From assembly GCA_041742785.1 (NCBI GenBank), contig JBGTOA010000032.1, positions 6,145 to 70,144 on the forward strand: DNA of 64,000 bases, given 5' to 3'. Positions 33,143 through 43,108 of the stretch are shown here, piece after piece (position 1 is the stretch's first letter; every line of letters begins with the position of its first letter). This DNA comes from Pyrinomonadaceae bacterium. Lineage in GTDB: Bacteria > Acidobacteriota > Blastocatellia > Pyrinomonadales > Pyrinomonadaceae. The translations under genes were made by a program, and so were the position numbers. The notes beneath the pieces are model-generated. The model was given only the letters and a program-made list of their open reading frames with translations, had not been told where the DNA came from and searched no databases.

Positions 33143-35443
33143 ATGAGTGGGTCAGAGAGTCACTTGTACGAGTTTGGTCCTTTCAGGCTAGACACTGCGG
33201 AGCGCTGTCTGGTGCGCGATGGATGTTTCGTGCCGCTTACGCCGAAGGCTTTGGAGTTGCTGCTGGTGCTTATCCGAAAGAGCGGCCGTGTGGTCGGAAA
33301 GGATGAGTTGATGAAGGAACTCTGGCCTGACTCCTTTGTAGAAGAGGGTAATCTGAGCCAACACGTCTTCGTTTTAAGGAAGGCGCTGGGCGAGAATCAT
33401 AGCGAGCCTCAGTTTATCGAGACTGTTGCCAGGCGCGGCTACCGCTTTAGGGCAGTCGTCAACCAGGTATGGCAGAAACCCACACTGGCGCCAGAGCACA
33501 GCACTAGAGCGCAGATCGTCGACGAAGAGGAAGAGGCGGGCACGAAAACTGAAAGCTCGTTTCTCGATTTAAGCAACGCGTCAAACTCTGCGATCGGAAA
33601 TGGGCGAATCGTGAAGGCTAGTCAGTCGACCCAACCACGCTTGGCCAGCGTGGAATATCTCATCGGCGAAATCAGGCGCCATGGGAGAAAGGCTGGCTTT
33701 GCTCTAACAATACTCATCCTCACTGGCGTAGGAGTTTACTTCGTATGGCACCGTTTCGCGGGTCAAACGAGACTAATTGTGAAGCCGGCAGCTCCTTTCG
33801 AAGCGATGAAGATCACAAGGCTGACCAACGCTGGAAAAGCCAGCGAGGCCGCCATCTCTCGCGATGGTAAGTATGTTGTTCATGTTGGGGAGGAGACCGG
33901 AAAACAAAACCTCTGGGTCAGACAGCTTGCAACAACCAGCGACGTGCAGATAGTTCCACCTGCCAAGGTTAATTATTTGGGACTAACTTTCTCAAATGAT
34001 GGAAATTACATCTATTACGTCGTAGAGGAGCAAGGTCTTACCGAGCGCGTGCTCTATCAAGTGCCCGTACTAGGCGGTGTTCCGAGGAAGGTATTAGTAG
34101 ATATACGCACACCCATCACTTTCTCCCCCGACGGCAAGAAGTTCGCCTTTGTGCGTGTTTCTCCGAACGAAGAGGAAGGAGTCTTGATGATCGCAAAGGC
34201 AGACGGCAGTGGGGAGCAGAAACTTGCCTCGCGTGGGGGGGTTGATTGGTTCTCCTATTCAGGACCGGCGTGGTCACCTGATGGAAGAGTAATCGCTAGT
34301 GGAGCCGGTAGTCCTCGGGGCATGACAGTAGTTACGGTTGGGGTCGAAGACGGAGCACAAAGAGAGTTCACGTCTAGAATGTGGTTCAATGTTGAAACTG
34401 TGGCATGGCTCGCGGACGGCAGCGGCCTTGTACTCAATGCTGCCGATCAAGGAACGAGGTCTAAGCAGGTATGGCAGCTGTCCTATCCTGCCGGTGAGGC
34501 ACGCAAGATTACCAACGACTTGAATAACTACCACAAGATAAGTTTCGCGGCAGAGTCTCGCACTCTCATCACTGTAGAGGAGGAAACATTTTCGAATATT
34601 TGGACCACCACTATGGCTCATGGCGCCGACGCCAAACAGATCACGACCAGCAGGAGCGACGGACGATATGGCCTCTCCTGGACGCCGAATGGAAGGATTG
34701 TTTACGTCTCCGATGCGAGCGGCAATCTGGACATTTGGATCGCGGATAAGGATGGAAGTAACCAAACGCAATTGACCACCGACCCTGGGCAGGACCGCAG
34801 GCCATCAGTGTCGCCCGATGGCCGTTATGTCGTTTTTGTATCCGACCGCGCTGGATCTCCCAACATTTGGCGAATGGACATAGACGGAAACAACGCCAAG
34901 AGATTAACCCGTGGCATTGGCGACGTTAACCCCTACTGTTCGTCCGAGAGCCGTTGGGTGGTTTTCTCGTCCTATACCGGAACTGGCAAGCAGGTGGTGT
35001 TTAAGGTGCCGATTGAAGGCGGCGATCCTGTCCAGTTGACAGACAAGCTATCACCAGAGCCAAGCGTCTCGCCCGATGGAACGTTGATCGCTTGCTTTCA
35101 CTTAGATGAAAAACCTAACTCGGCTTGGAGAATCATGGTCATTCCGTTTACGGGGGAAAAGCCCGTCAAGTCGTTCGACATTCCACGAACAGCTAATCCG
35201 TGGAAAGAAGTACGGTGGACGGCAGACGGCCGCGCGCTAGCCTACATAGACACGCGCAGCGGAGTGTCAAACATCTGGAGCCAGCCGCTGGCTGGCGGCC
35301 CACCTAAGCGAATGACTACCTTCACAACGGATCAATTACATCATTTCGATCTATCACGCAACGGTAACCAGCTCGCACTCGCGCGTGGCCCAGTGGTTAG
35401 CGATGTGGTTCTGATCACCGATCAAAAGATAGGAACGAGATAA
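33143..35443 (+). CDS. CadC/OmpR-type winged-helix regulator fused to a TM segment and a TolB-like beta-propeller (PD40 repeats)
   Basis: The N-terminus is YEFGPFRLDTAERCLVRDGCFVPLTPKALELLLVL...VARRGYRF. The TM segment is GFALTILILTGVGVYFVW. Repeated SPDG..(I/V)(A/V)F motifs follow. Confidence 0.85.
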   Translation: MSGSESHLYEFGPFRLDTAERCLVRDGCFVPLTPKALELLLVLIRKSGRVVGKDELMKELWPDSFVEEGNLSQHVFVLRKALGENHSEPQFIETVARRGYRFRAVVNQVWQKPTLAPEHSTRAQIVDEEEEAGTKTESSFLDLSNASNSAIGNGRIVKASQSTQPRLASVEYLIGEIRRHGRKAGFALTILILTGVGVYFVWHRFAGQTRLIVKPAAPFEAMKITRLTNAGKASEAAISRDGKYVVHVGEETGKQNLWVRQLATTSDVQIVPPAKVNYLGLTFSNDGNYIYYVVEEQGLTERVLYQVPVLGGVPRKVLVDIRTPITFSPDGKKFAFVRVSPNEEEGVLMIAKADGSGEQKLASRGGVDWFSYSGPAWSPDGRVIASGAGSPRGMTVVTVGVEDGAQREFTSRMWFNVETVAWLADGSGLVLNAADQGTRSKQVWQLSYPAGEARKITNDLNNYHKISFAAESRTLITVEEETFSNIWTTTMAHGADAKQITTSRSDGRYGLSWTPNGRIVYVSDASGNLDIWIADKDGSNQTQLTTDPGQDRRPSVSPDGRYVVFVSDRAGSPNIWRMDIDGNNAKRLTRGIGDVNPYCSSESRWVVFSSYTGTGKQVVFKVPIEGGDPVQLTDKLSPEPSVSPDGTLIACFHLDEKPNSAWRIMVIPFTGEKPVKSFDIPRTANPWKEVRWTADGRALAYIDTRSGVSNIWSQPLAGGPPKRMTTFTTDQLHHFDLSRNGNQLALARGPVVSDVVLITDQKIGTR

Positions 35444-35518
35444 GAACGGTATCCGGTTGATTACTCTCGGCCTCGGTCGAGGGGTGGAATGAGCGTGTAA
35501 ACTCCTGAAAAAAAAGGG

Positions 35519-35552
35519 TGCCGAGGGCGGGAGTCGAACCCGCACGTCCTTT
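35519..35552 (-). pseudogene. 3' fragment of a type II tRNA (Leu-like): part of the variable arm, T arm and acceptor 3' strand only
   Basis: The minus strand reads aaggacGTGCGGGTTCGACTCCCGCCCTCGGCA. No matching GCCGAGG 5' acceptor strand or D/anticodon arms lie upstream, and no CCA is encoded. Confidence 0.5.
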
Positions 35553-35686
35553 CGCATCGAAAAGCCGCCGGAAGGTTAGAAAATCCTTTCACGTAGCATA
35601 CGGAGTTGCAAATAGAATCCTTAGTATTAATAAAGCAGTCGCAGCTGGTGACGACTTTCGACTTCGGTGACTTCTCATGACGGAGA

Positions 35687-36058
35687 CTAAAGGGGCTGAA
35701 TCTCAATCGCAAACTTGTTGGTGCTCGATCTCGCTTGAAATAGGCTGACATGCGTATATCTCTTATCGGTCCTTACAAATTCAATAACTTGCTGCCTTGT
35801 TTCTGAAACCATTCGTTGGCCCAGGATAACACTCACAATACAACTAGGAGGAATTGAGAACTGACAGAAGGCCATGATCTTCACGAAACGATCCTTGGAC
35901 AGCCAATGGCGCTTTTCCACCATGTGGTTGTACATCATCGTAATCTGCGCAACGGGCCCGCCGATGTTTACAAAACCAAGGAAGATAAAGTAAAGAAATA
36001 CCTCACGCCAAGAAGGCATCTCGTGATCTTCACGTTCAATCTGTCCCTGCTTCGCCAT
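35687..36058 (-). pseudogene. chromate transporter (ChrA family) N-terminal fragment
   Basis: SWREVFLYFIFLGFVNIGGPVAQITMMYNHMVEKRHWLSKDRFVKIMAFCQ matches the ChrA N-terminal signature. After ~80 aa the sequence becomes non-hydrophobic and stops at 123 aa. Confidence 0.6.
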
Positions 36059-36121
36059 TTAATCGTCGCTTCGCGTGCGAGGACTCAATTGTGGAAGCAA
36101 TCATTAACAGAGGCAAGCTAG

Positions 36122-36475
36122 TTATGTTATTCGGGAAAGCGCGACGAAATCTCTGGCGGCATTACCTTCAGGCCAACCGAACACTTCTTATTTGATCTGA
36201 CCGATAGCTTCAACAATGTCCGCCTGCCCCAGGGCAATTTCACTACGAACCTGATCGCCGGAAGAGTCAACTACAACTTCTCGCGCAAGCTTCTCACTTC
36301 AGCTCTGATGCAAATTAATTTCGCTGCGCCGATATCAACAATCAACGTTCGTCTGCGTTACATCTATCGCCCTAACAGCGATCTCTTTATCATCTACAAT
36401 CAGACGACCGGTGCGGGACTCGAACGTCCTTCTTACAGTTTGCAAATCAAACTGACGCGCGACTTCACGTTTTAG
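36122..36475 (+). pseudogene. C-terminal remnant of an outer-membrane beta-barrel protein (DUF5916-like), no start codon
   Basis: The open frame (stop at 36119-36121, stop at 36473-36475) encodes ...GRVNYNFSRKLLTSALMQINF...INVRLRYIYRPNSDLFIIYNQ...LQIKLTRDFTF. There is no in-frame ATG near the 5' end, so it is absent from the ORF track. Confidence 0.55.
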
Positions 36476-36679
36476 TGTGAGCGAAGTCCGCAAAATGCCT
36501 TAAAATGCACAAAGGTTACCGCCGCAGGTCTGCGGTAACATCCGTTCATCTCAGAAACAAACCCTCCGATTTTTGCTGGCAATATTGACGTTGGTGAAGA
36601 GAAGCGCGGATTCGCGCGTCCATTAACACGAGTATTGTCCGCTCGCTACTCAGACGAATCTTCAAATTTCTAAGAAAAT

Positions 36680-36755
<76 letters not shown>

Positions 36756-37469
36756 GCAATTGGATGAGGCCGATCGTTTGGGTGACTCAAATTAACTTAC
36801 CGATTCAAACCCTGTCAAACACGCCTTAGGATCTCTTCACCAGGCTCGGATAACGTCAGGATGCAATCGAAATAAGGTTACCGAAGTTGTTTGTGAATAA
36901 GGGGGCCAGTGATGAATATCTCGCCATTGATTGCTCGCGCAGTCCAGGTACCAATGGCGGTACGATTTCTTTTAAACGGACCAATAACTCGACGCCTCAC
37001 TTCAGACACTCCGCCTCTCTAAGCGTCAGGTCGTTTCCCGCGACTCCCACCCGTTGCTGCACTTCGAGCTGATCCTGCAACTGTCTCACCGTGAGGAGTG
37101 GGCCAAGCGTTTGAGACAGGAATCAGGTTCCTCTCAGCCTTGCAAATACCTTCGCACGCCATCCAAAAACTCGTAAGCGCTTCACTGCCTCAACCGCCTC
37201 GCACTACGCCTTATACAAAACAATAAAGATGTAACCCACGAATCTGAAGATTGCCATGGTGCGCAGATCATCTCACCGCTCGAATTCCTCACTTGAACGG
37301 CGGTCCAACCTCAGAACTTTTGCTGGGCACACTCTTTGCGCTTCAACGCAATGCGCGTTGCAGTTGAGTCCGAGAATTCGGAAGCACAAAAAGTTTTGGC
37401 TCTGCCCGCGCCGGATTAGTTTCCCCACTTTCTACCGAAATAGAGATCTACCAAAAAGGAGCTCAACCA

Positions 37470-40400
37470 ATGAGAACAGTTATCAAATTACTGTTGCTGG
37501 TTTCTCTGTTTGCGCTGCCGGTGTTTAGCCAGTCAAACACCGGCCGGCTAGTGGGAACTGTCTCCGACGCGAGCGGGGTAATTCCAGGAGCCAGTGTGGT
37601 CGTCAGAGACGATCAAACAAACAAGGAACGAACGACAAATACCAGCGATGACGGTAGCTTTAGCGTGCCCCAACTCGATGTCGGCACATATACGGTGACG
37701 GTTACCGCGGCTGGTCATAAGGCTTTTACCGTTTCTAAGGTGAAAATCGATATCGGTAAAGACCATTCACTCAATCCGGTGTTGGAAATTGGCGAGATTA
37801 GTGAAAGCGTCACGGTCATTGCCGGAGCTGACATCGTAAATTCAACCAATGCTGAGTTGAGCAATACAGTTAGCCCGAGGCAAGTCCTGGAACTGCCACT
37901 AAACGGCCGCAACCCGTTGGCTTTGCTTAACACCATCGCCGGAGCGAATGCGACCAGTGTTTCAATTAACGGCCAGAGATCGTCTTCGACCAATTACACT
38001 CGTGACGGTATCAACGTGCAGGATAACTTCATTCGCACCGGAGGCTTTGTGCAGGATCGGCCCACGGTGGACGACACCGGTGAGTTTACTGTTGTCACTC
38101 AGAATGCGAGTGCCGATCAGGGCGGCGGTGGCTCAACGCAAGTGCAGCTAGTGACGCCGCGCGGTGGTCAGGGCTTTCACGGCGCGCTCTGGGAATACAA
38201 CCGCAACGTCAAGTTTGCCGCGAACGATTTCTTTAACAACGCCGCCGGCATCGAACGCCCATTCCTTAACCGCAATCAGTTTGGCGGAAAGCTTTCCGGC
38301 CCGTTGCCGCTACCGGGATTCGGTGAGGGTGGTGCATCTCTGGTCAAAGGCAAAGCATTTTTCTTTGGTCAATATGAAAGATTCGTCTTGCGCCAACAGC
38401 GGTCCATCACGCGGACCGTATTGCTTAATTCCGCGCGCACCGGAAACTTTACTTACGTAGACAATAGCGGTGTCACGCGCACTGTCAACGTCCTTAACGG
38501 TGCCGGTTTCACCGGACCCATCCCAGCGGCAGCCGGTGGTGTGCTGGGCGTAGATCCAACCATTCAAGCTCGGGTACTTAACTTGATGCCCGGCGCGGGA
38601 AATTCCACCGTGACCAATAATGGTCTGACGCAGTTGTTGCAGTTCAATCAATCAGACAACGATACGCGCAACGGCTTCACCTCGCGCTTCGACGTCGATA
38701 TCAACGACCGCAACAACCTTTACTTTGTCTACAAGTACAACAACAACGGCGACGAGCGACAAACCGATCCGGGCGGCTTCGGAACCAATCCTTTTGTCAC
38801 GCAAAGTGGTCCAGTCAAGTTGTATTTGGCTTCGTATCGCACGTCGCTGGGTTCTCGCTTTGTCAATGAGGTGCGCGGCGCCTATCTAACGGGTGAGCCT
38901 TTTTTCCGCCAGAACTCTCTGCCCAGCGACTTCATCATCGGTACGATCGCCGCAAATGGTCTTCCGGTTGCTGGTCTGCCACTCACCTTGAGCAGCCCGG
39001 AGGCGAGCTTTGAAAACCAGGGACGCAACACCAGGCAGTACACCTTTCAAAACAACTCCTCGTATACCCTTGGCAACCACTCGCTTCGCTTTGGTGCGGA
39101 CTATAATGCGCAGCGAATAGAAGTGATCAGCAACTTCAACGTCACGCCGATCTATTCGATCACAAACGTGAACAACCCAGTCACGCCGCGGCTTCCGGTT
39201 GGTCTCTATCCGGGTGGCATCGACGCGACCCAGCGAAACCGCGCCGATGCATTGCGTTACCTGCTCGGTGGAATCGTCGGCGTCGGGTCAGTGGCCGCCA
39301 ACTTCGTCAACCCAGCGGTCGGTCCGCAATTAAGAGCGCCATCGATTCAACAGATGAACTTTGACACCTACGGCTTTTACGTCAGCGATCAGTGGCGCGT
39401 GACATCGCGGCTTTCTCTTAACCTGGGTCTGCGGTACGACCTCTTCACTCCACTAACGAATCCGGATCGAGTATTCCTCGAACCACTCATTCCGGCCGGT
39501 AGTAATATTGTCGATGCGATCATGGATCAAAACGGCAGCTACGGATTGGTCGGCACCAACACCGGCGAACCGGGTCGGTTTTACAACACCGACAAAAACA
39601 ACTTTGGCCCAATTGTGAGCTTTGCTTACACGCCGGAGTTCGGAAATGGATTCCTGAACGCGCTGATGCCGGGACAGGGAAAGACCGTTATTCGCGGGGG
39701 CTTCCGCAGCAGCTATGTCAACGACGAATACGTAACCTCGGCACTCAACGCAGCGCGTGGGAATGCAGGTCTGGATTTGACCGGATTGGCCGGGGGAGCG
39801 GCGATGATCAACGCGCGCTTCAACGCGCTGCCGAATTTCCAACTACCACCTTTCCGAACGCCGCCCATCACGTTTGCAGAAGCCAACCTCGATAATGGCT
39901 TTGCTTTCAACACCGTCTTTGCCATCGACCCGAACATACAGGTCCAGCGCAACGATGAATTCAACATCGGCATTCAACGAGAGCTGGGATTTGATACGGC
40001 ATTCGAAATCCGCTACGTGGGGGGACGCAGCAACAGCATGGTGCGAGGGGTCGATCTGAACCAGATCGACATCAACGCAGGTGGATTCCTTGCTGACTTC
40101 CTCAAGGCACGAAACAACTGCCGGCTTCAGGGCGCCACGCTGCCGGGTGCCGGAGATCCCTTGCTTCGCTGTACTGACGCTCGGTTCAACCCCCTGATTC
40201 CCGGGAGCCAGGCTTTGCCGGCTTTCAATAGTCTGCCTTTCGGCGCTTTCCTTAACAACGCCGCGGTCACTACGCCGATCATCAACGGCACCCCGGCGGA
40301 TCTGGCGCTTATCTACATCCAAAACGGTTTGGATTTCAATCCGGCGACGAGTCAGGGAATCAACTTCAGACAGAACTTCTTCGCGGGTCCCGTTGATCTG

Positions 40401-41276
40401 CTGGTTAACGGCGGACGTTATCGCTACAACGCATTACAGGCGGAGATTCGTCGTCGTTTCACCAGGGGGCTGAGCTTCCAGGCGAACTACACGTTCCAAA
40501 AGACCTTGTCGGATATCGAAACCGACGGGCAAGCCCGTTTTGATCCCTATCTCGACAACAACAATCGGAACCTGGACTATGCGCGCACGGATTATGACCG
40601 CACGCATTCCCTCAACATCAACGCCATCTATGGGCTGCCATTCGGGAGAGGCAAGCAGTTCTTCAATCAGGGTGGAGCACTCGAGCGCTTGTTCGGGGGC
40701 TTCCAAATCTCTTCCTTGATCAACGTCAGCTCGGGGGCGCCAATCTCGATCAGAGACCTGACCGGGACTCTTAATCGCGCCGGACGTTCACTTCGCCAGA
40801 CGGCTAACTCGAGGCTAACAACCGACCAGATCAAAGACCTGGTTGGAATCTTTCACCAAAACGGTAAGGTCTACTTTATCAATCCAGCGGTGATCGCGCC
40901 GGACGGCACGGCGACCGGTGGTAATCTCGGCACGACACCGACGGCCAGCTTCCCGGGCCAGGTTTTCTTCAGGGCCCAACCGGGGCAGACCGGCAACCTG
41001 CCGCGAACATTCATCAACGGACCCAGATACTTCAATTGGGACGCGGGTCTGATGAAGAACATCACCCTCACGGAGAGAACACGCCTGCAGCTCCGCATGG
41101 AAGCTTTCAACGTACTCAACAACGTCAACTTCTTTGCTCCTTCGGGCGCTAACGCTGTGGTGGTTGGTGAAGACAGCAACATCTTCAACATTAACAGCGC
41201 GACCTTTGGTCAGATCACCACGGGTAACGCTTATCCTCCGCGCATCATGCAGTTCGCGGTGCGCTTAGAGTTCTGA
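37470..41276 (+). CDS. giant TonB-dependent-receptor-like outer-membrane protein with an N-terminal carboxypeptidase-regulatory-like domain
   Basis: 1268 aa with a signal peptide. The N-terminus reads GRLVGTVSDASGVIPGASVVVRDDQTNKERTTNTSDDGSFSVPQLDVGTYTV. The C-terminus reads PPRIMQFAVRLEF. Confidence 0.88.
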   Translation: MRTVIKLLLLVSLFALPVFSQSNTGRLVGTVSDASGVIPGASVVVRDDQTNKERTTNTSDDGSFSVPQLDVGTYTVTVTAAGHKAFTVSKVKIDIGKDHSLNPVLEIGEISESVTVIAGADIVNSTNAELSNTVSPRQVLELPLNGRNPLALLNTIAGANATSVSINGQRSSSTNYTRDGINVQDNFIRTGGFVQDRPTVDDTGEFTVVTQNASADQGGGGSTQVQLVTPRGGQGFHGALWEYNRNVKFAANDFFNNAAGIERPFLNRNQFGGKLSGPLPLPGFGEGGASLVKGKAFFFGQYERFVLRQQRSITRTVLLNSARTGNFTYVDNSGVTRTVNVLNGAGFTGPIPAAAGGVLGVDPTIQARVLNLMPGAGNSTVTNNGLTQLLQFNQSDNDTRNGFTSRFDVDINDRNNLYFVYKYNNNGDERQTDPGGFGTNPFVTQSGPVKLYLASYRTSLGSRFVNEVRGAYLTGEPFFRQNSLPSDFIIGTIAANGLPVAGLPLTLSSPEASFENQGRNTRQYTFQNNSSYTLGNHSLRFGADYNAQRIEVISNFNVTPIYSITNVNNPVTPRLPVGLYPGGIDATQRNRADALRYLLGGIVGVGSVAANFVNPAVGPQLRAPSIQQMNFDTYGFYVSDQWRVTSRLSLNLGLRYDLFTPLTNPDRVFLEPLIPAGSNIVDAIMDQNGSYGLVGTNTGEPGRFYNTDKNNFGPIVSFAYTPEFGNGFLNALMPGQGKTVIRGGFRSSYVNDEYVTSALNAARGNAGLDLTGLAGGAAMINARFNALPNFQLPPFRTPPITFAEANLDNGFAFNTVFAIDPNIQVQRNDEFNIGIQRELGFDTAFEIRYVGGRSNSMVRGVDLNQIDINAGGFLADFLKARNNCRLQGATLPGAGDPLLRCTDARFNPLIPGSQALPAFNSLPFGAFLNNAAVTTPIINGTPADLALIYIQNGLDFNPATSQGINFRQNFFAGPVDLLVNGGRYRYNALQAEIRRRFTRGLSFQANYTFQKTLSDIETDGQARFDPYLDNNNRNLDYARTDYDRTHSLNINAIYGLPFGRGKQFFNQGGALERLFGGFQISSLINVSSGAPISIRDLTGTLNRAGRSLRQTANSRLTTDQIKDLVGIFHQNGKVYFINPAVIAPDGTATGGNLGTTPTASFPGQVFFRAQPGQTGNLPRTFINGPRYFNWDAGLMKNITLTERTRLQLRMEAFNVLNNVNFFAPSGANAVVVGEDSNIFNINSATFGQITTGNAYPPRIMQFAVRLEF

Positions 41277-41300
41277 TCTTAGTAGAACCGATCAGAGAAG

Positions 41301-41331
41301 AATGGGCGCGGCTTTCAAGGCCGCGCCCATT
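41301..41331 (+). terminator. rho-independent terminator
   Basis: aatgggcgcggc tttcaag gccgcgcccatt followed by tccttct, 25 nt after the stop. Confidence 0.7.
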
Positions 41332-41595
41332 TCCTTCTGAAGACCCGTGAGAGGCAGGTGTTTTGAGTTCCAACTCAGTTTGCGTTGTTTTGGGCAAGAC
41401 CCGTCGCCCTGAAGGCTGAACTCTGAACGCCTGGCCTCAACCCCGCACCTCATCGCCGAGATTTTTAGGCAACCAGCCGTATCCTTTCTCAACCTCAAGG
41501 TAACTAGCATTAGAGTTTCCTCGTCTCCCTGACAACCAATTCTCTGATAGCAAAAACTTTCCTTGACTCAATCGTTGAGGCCCGGAGACGTCTGT

Positions 41596-42755
41596 ATGAA
41601 CACAACTGATCTTTCTCCAACTCCAGTTAATTCTGGTCATTCAGCTTGCGAGTTTCGACTCACTCTCCTGGACCAGGCGATGTTAAGTGACCGGTTGCGT
41701 GCGGAGTTGCTATTTCTCTTTCGAACTGCCCGGAGCGACTGGCCCACCTTCAAGTCAGATCCAACAGCGTACCTGAGCCGGAAGGCGATCGACTGTTGGC
41801 AGTTCGCCGTTCAGAAACTCAGGACTCCCCATGTAGTGGTAAGCGGAGTCAGCGCCTTTTCTATCCTGGGAGTAATACTTCTGCCTGTTGCGCTGATTGA
41901 CAATAAAGGTAAGAGCGCCAACTCAGCCGCGACAACGGAAGCAGTCGATTATGCGGCGACGATCATCTCCTTCCCTCAAGAGCCCGATCCTGACTCTGGC
42001 AAAGGCGTCGGGGCGAACTCAAACAGACGCGTGGGATTTCGCCGCGGCGCTGGCGAAGGGTCGAAAGCCGACGCAAAGCGATCCAGTGGCGGCGGGGGCG
42101 GCGGTTTGCAGGATCAAGTCACGCAACAAAAAGGGAAGCTTCCGCCACCCTCGGATATTCCGGCCCCGATTCCAGCTCTTCCGGCCCGTCGAACGCGTGC
42201 GTTGCCTGTGGCTGGTATCGATATCGATCCCGCACTTTGGCGCGCAGATGACGCATCTGTCTATGGTGACCCGCGATCGAAATCAGCAGCCATTTCAATG
42301 GACCAGGAACCGGCGGCGGGATGGGGAATGGCGATGGCCCCGGCGTCGGCGACGGACGTGGCGCGGGAGTTGGGCCAGGCGAGAATGGAAACATCGGAGA
42401 CGGCCCTAAAGGTTCAGGCGATGGTGGTCCGGGAGGTTCCAATGGAAACTGGCCCGTCGATCCGAACCACGTTTGGCGAGCGAGTGAAGTGCAACGTCCC
42501 CGCGTGTTCGCAAAGCCTGAACCGCAATACACTGAGGCGGCCAGAAAGAATCAGATCATTGGCACGGTGGTCCTGCGCGTGATCTTTTCGCGTTCCGGGG
42601 AAGTGACAGGTATTCGCGCAATCAGCGCACTGCCATTCGGGTTGACTGAACGAGCAATTGCTGCCGCCCGACAAATTCGTTTTCAACCAGCAACTCGCAA
42701 TGGTGAAGCAGTGTCGGTGCACATGCAGTTGGAATATAACTTCAATCTGTATTGA
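41596..42755 (+). pseudogene. TonB-like energy transducer split over two frames (shift within 42267-42320)
   Basis: Frame 1 encodes a cytoplasmic extension, a TM segment (VVVSGVSAFSILGVILLPVAL) and a Pro/Gly-rich linker. Frame 3 encodes GNGDGPGVGDGRG... and a TonB C-terminal domain (PQYTEAARKNQIIGTVVLRVIFSRSGEVTGIR...). Frame 3 is closed by stops upstream of 42267. Confidence 0.6.
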
Positions 42756-43108
42756 AGCGTTATTGAGCTGTTCGACACCCTTGTGTTTACAGATAAGGCG
42801 CAAGTTGCGTGGTCTCTCAGTTGGGAAGGTGGACGCTGTCCCCGCAACCCGCTGCTAAGGATTCTGTTTTTATGACTTGAATGTTGGTTAACTTGAGGCG
42901 GGCACAGGGTCCACCTTCCTGACAGTGAGACGCCGCAACTTGAGCGTAGTTCGTTAAGAATTTTTTCCTCGGCGTGCAAGAGCTAGTCGCCGCCGCCGTT
43001 CTTGTTTCAGGTAAAGCTGGAACCAGGAAACGCGATCGGAGTCTAACAATCCGCGCACACAACTCACCCCGTCTCATTCGACCCGTGAGACCGACTTAGG
43101 AGGTAATC

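Noticed and set aside
42119-42532. 137-aa Pro/Gly-rich minus-strand ORF
   Set aside because: It is the reverse-frame image of the Gly/Pro-rich linker of the TonB-like gene.
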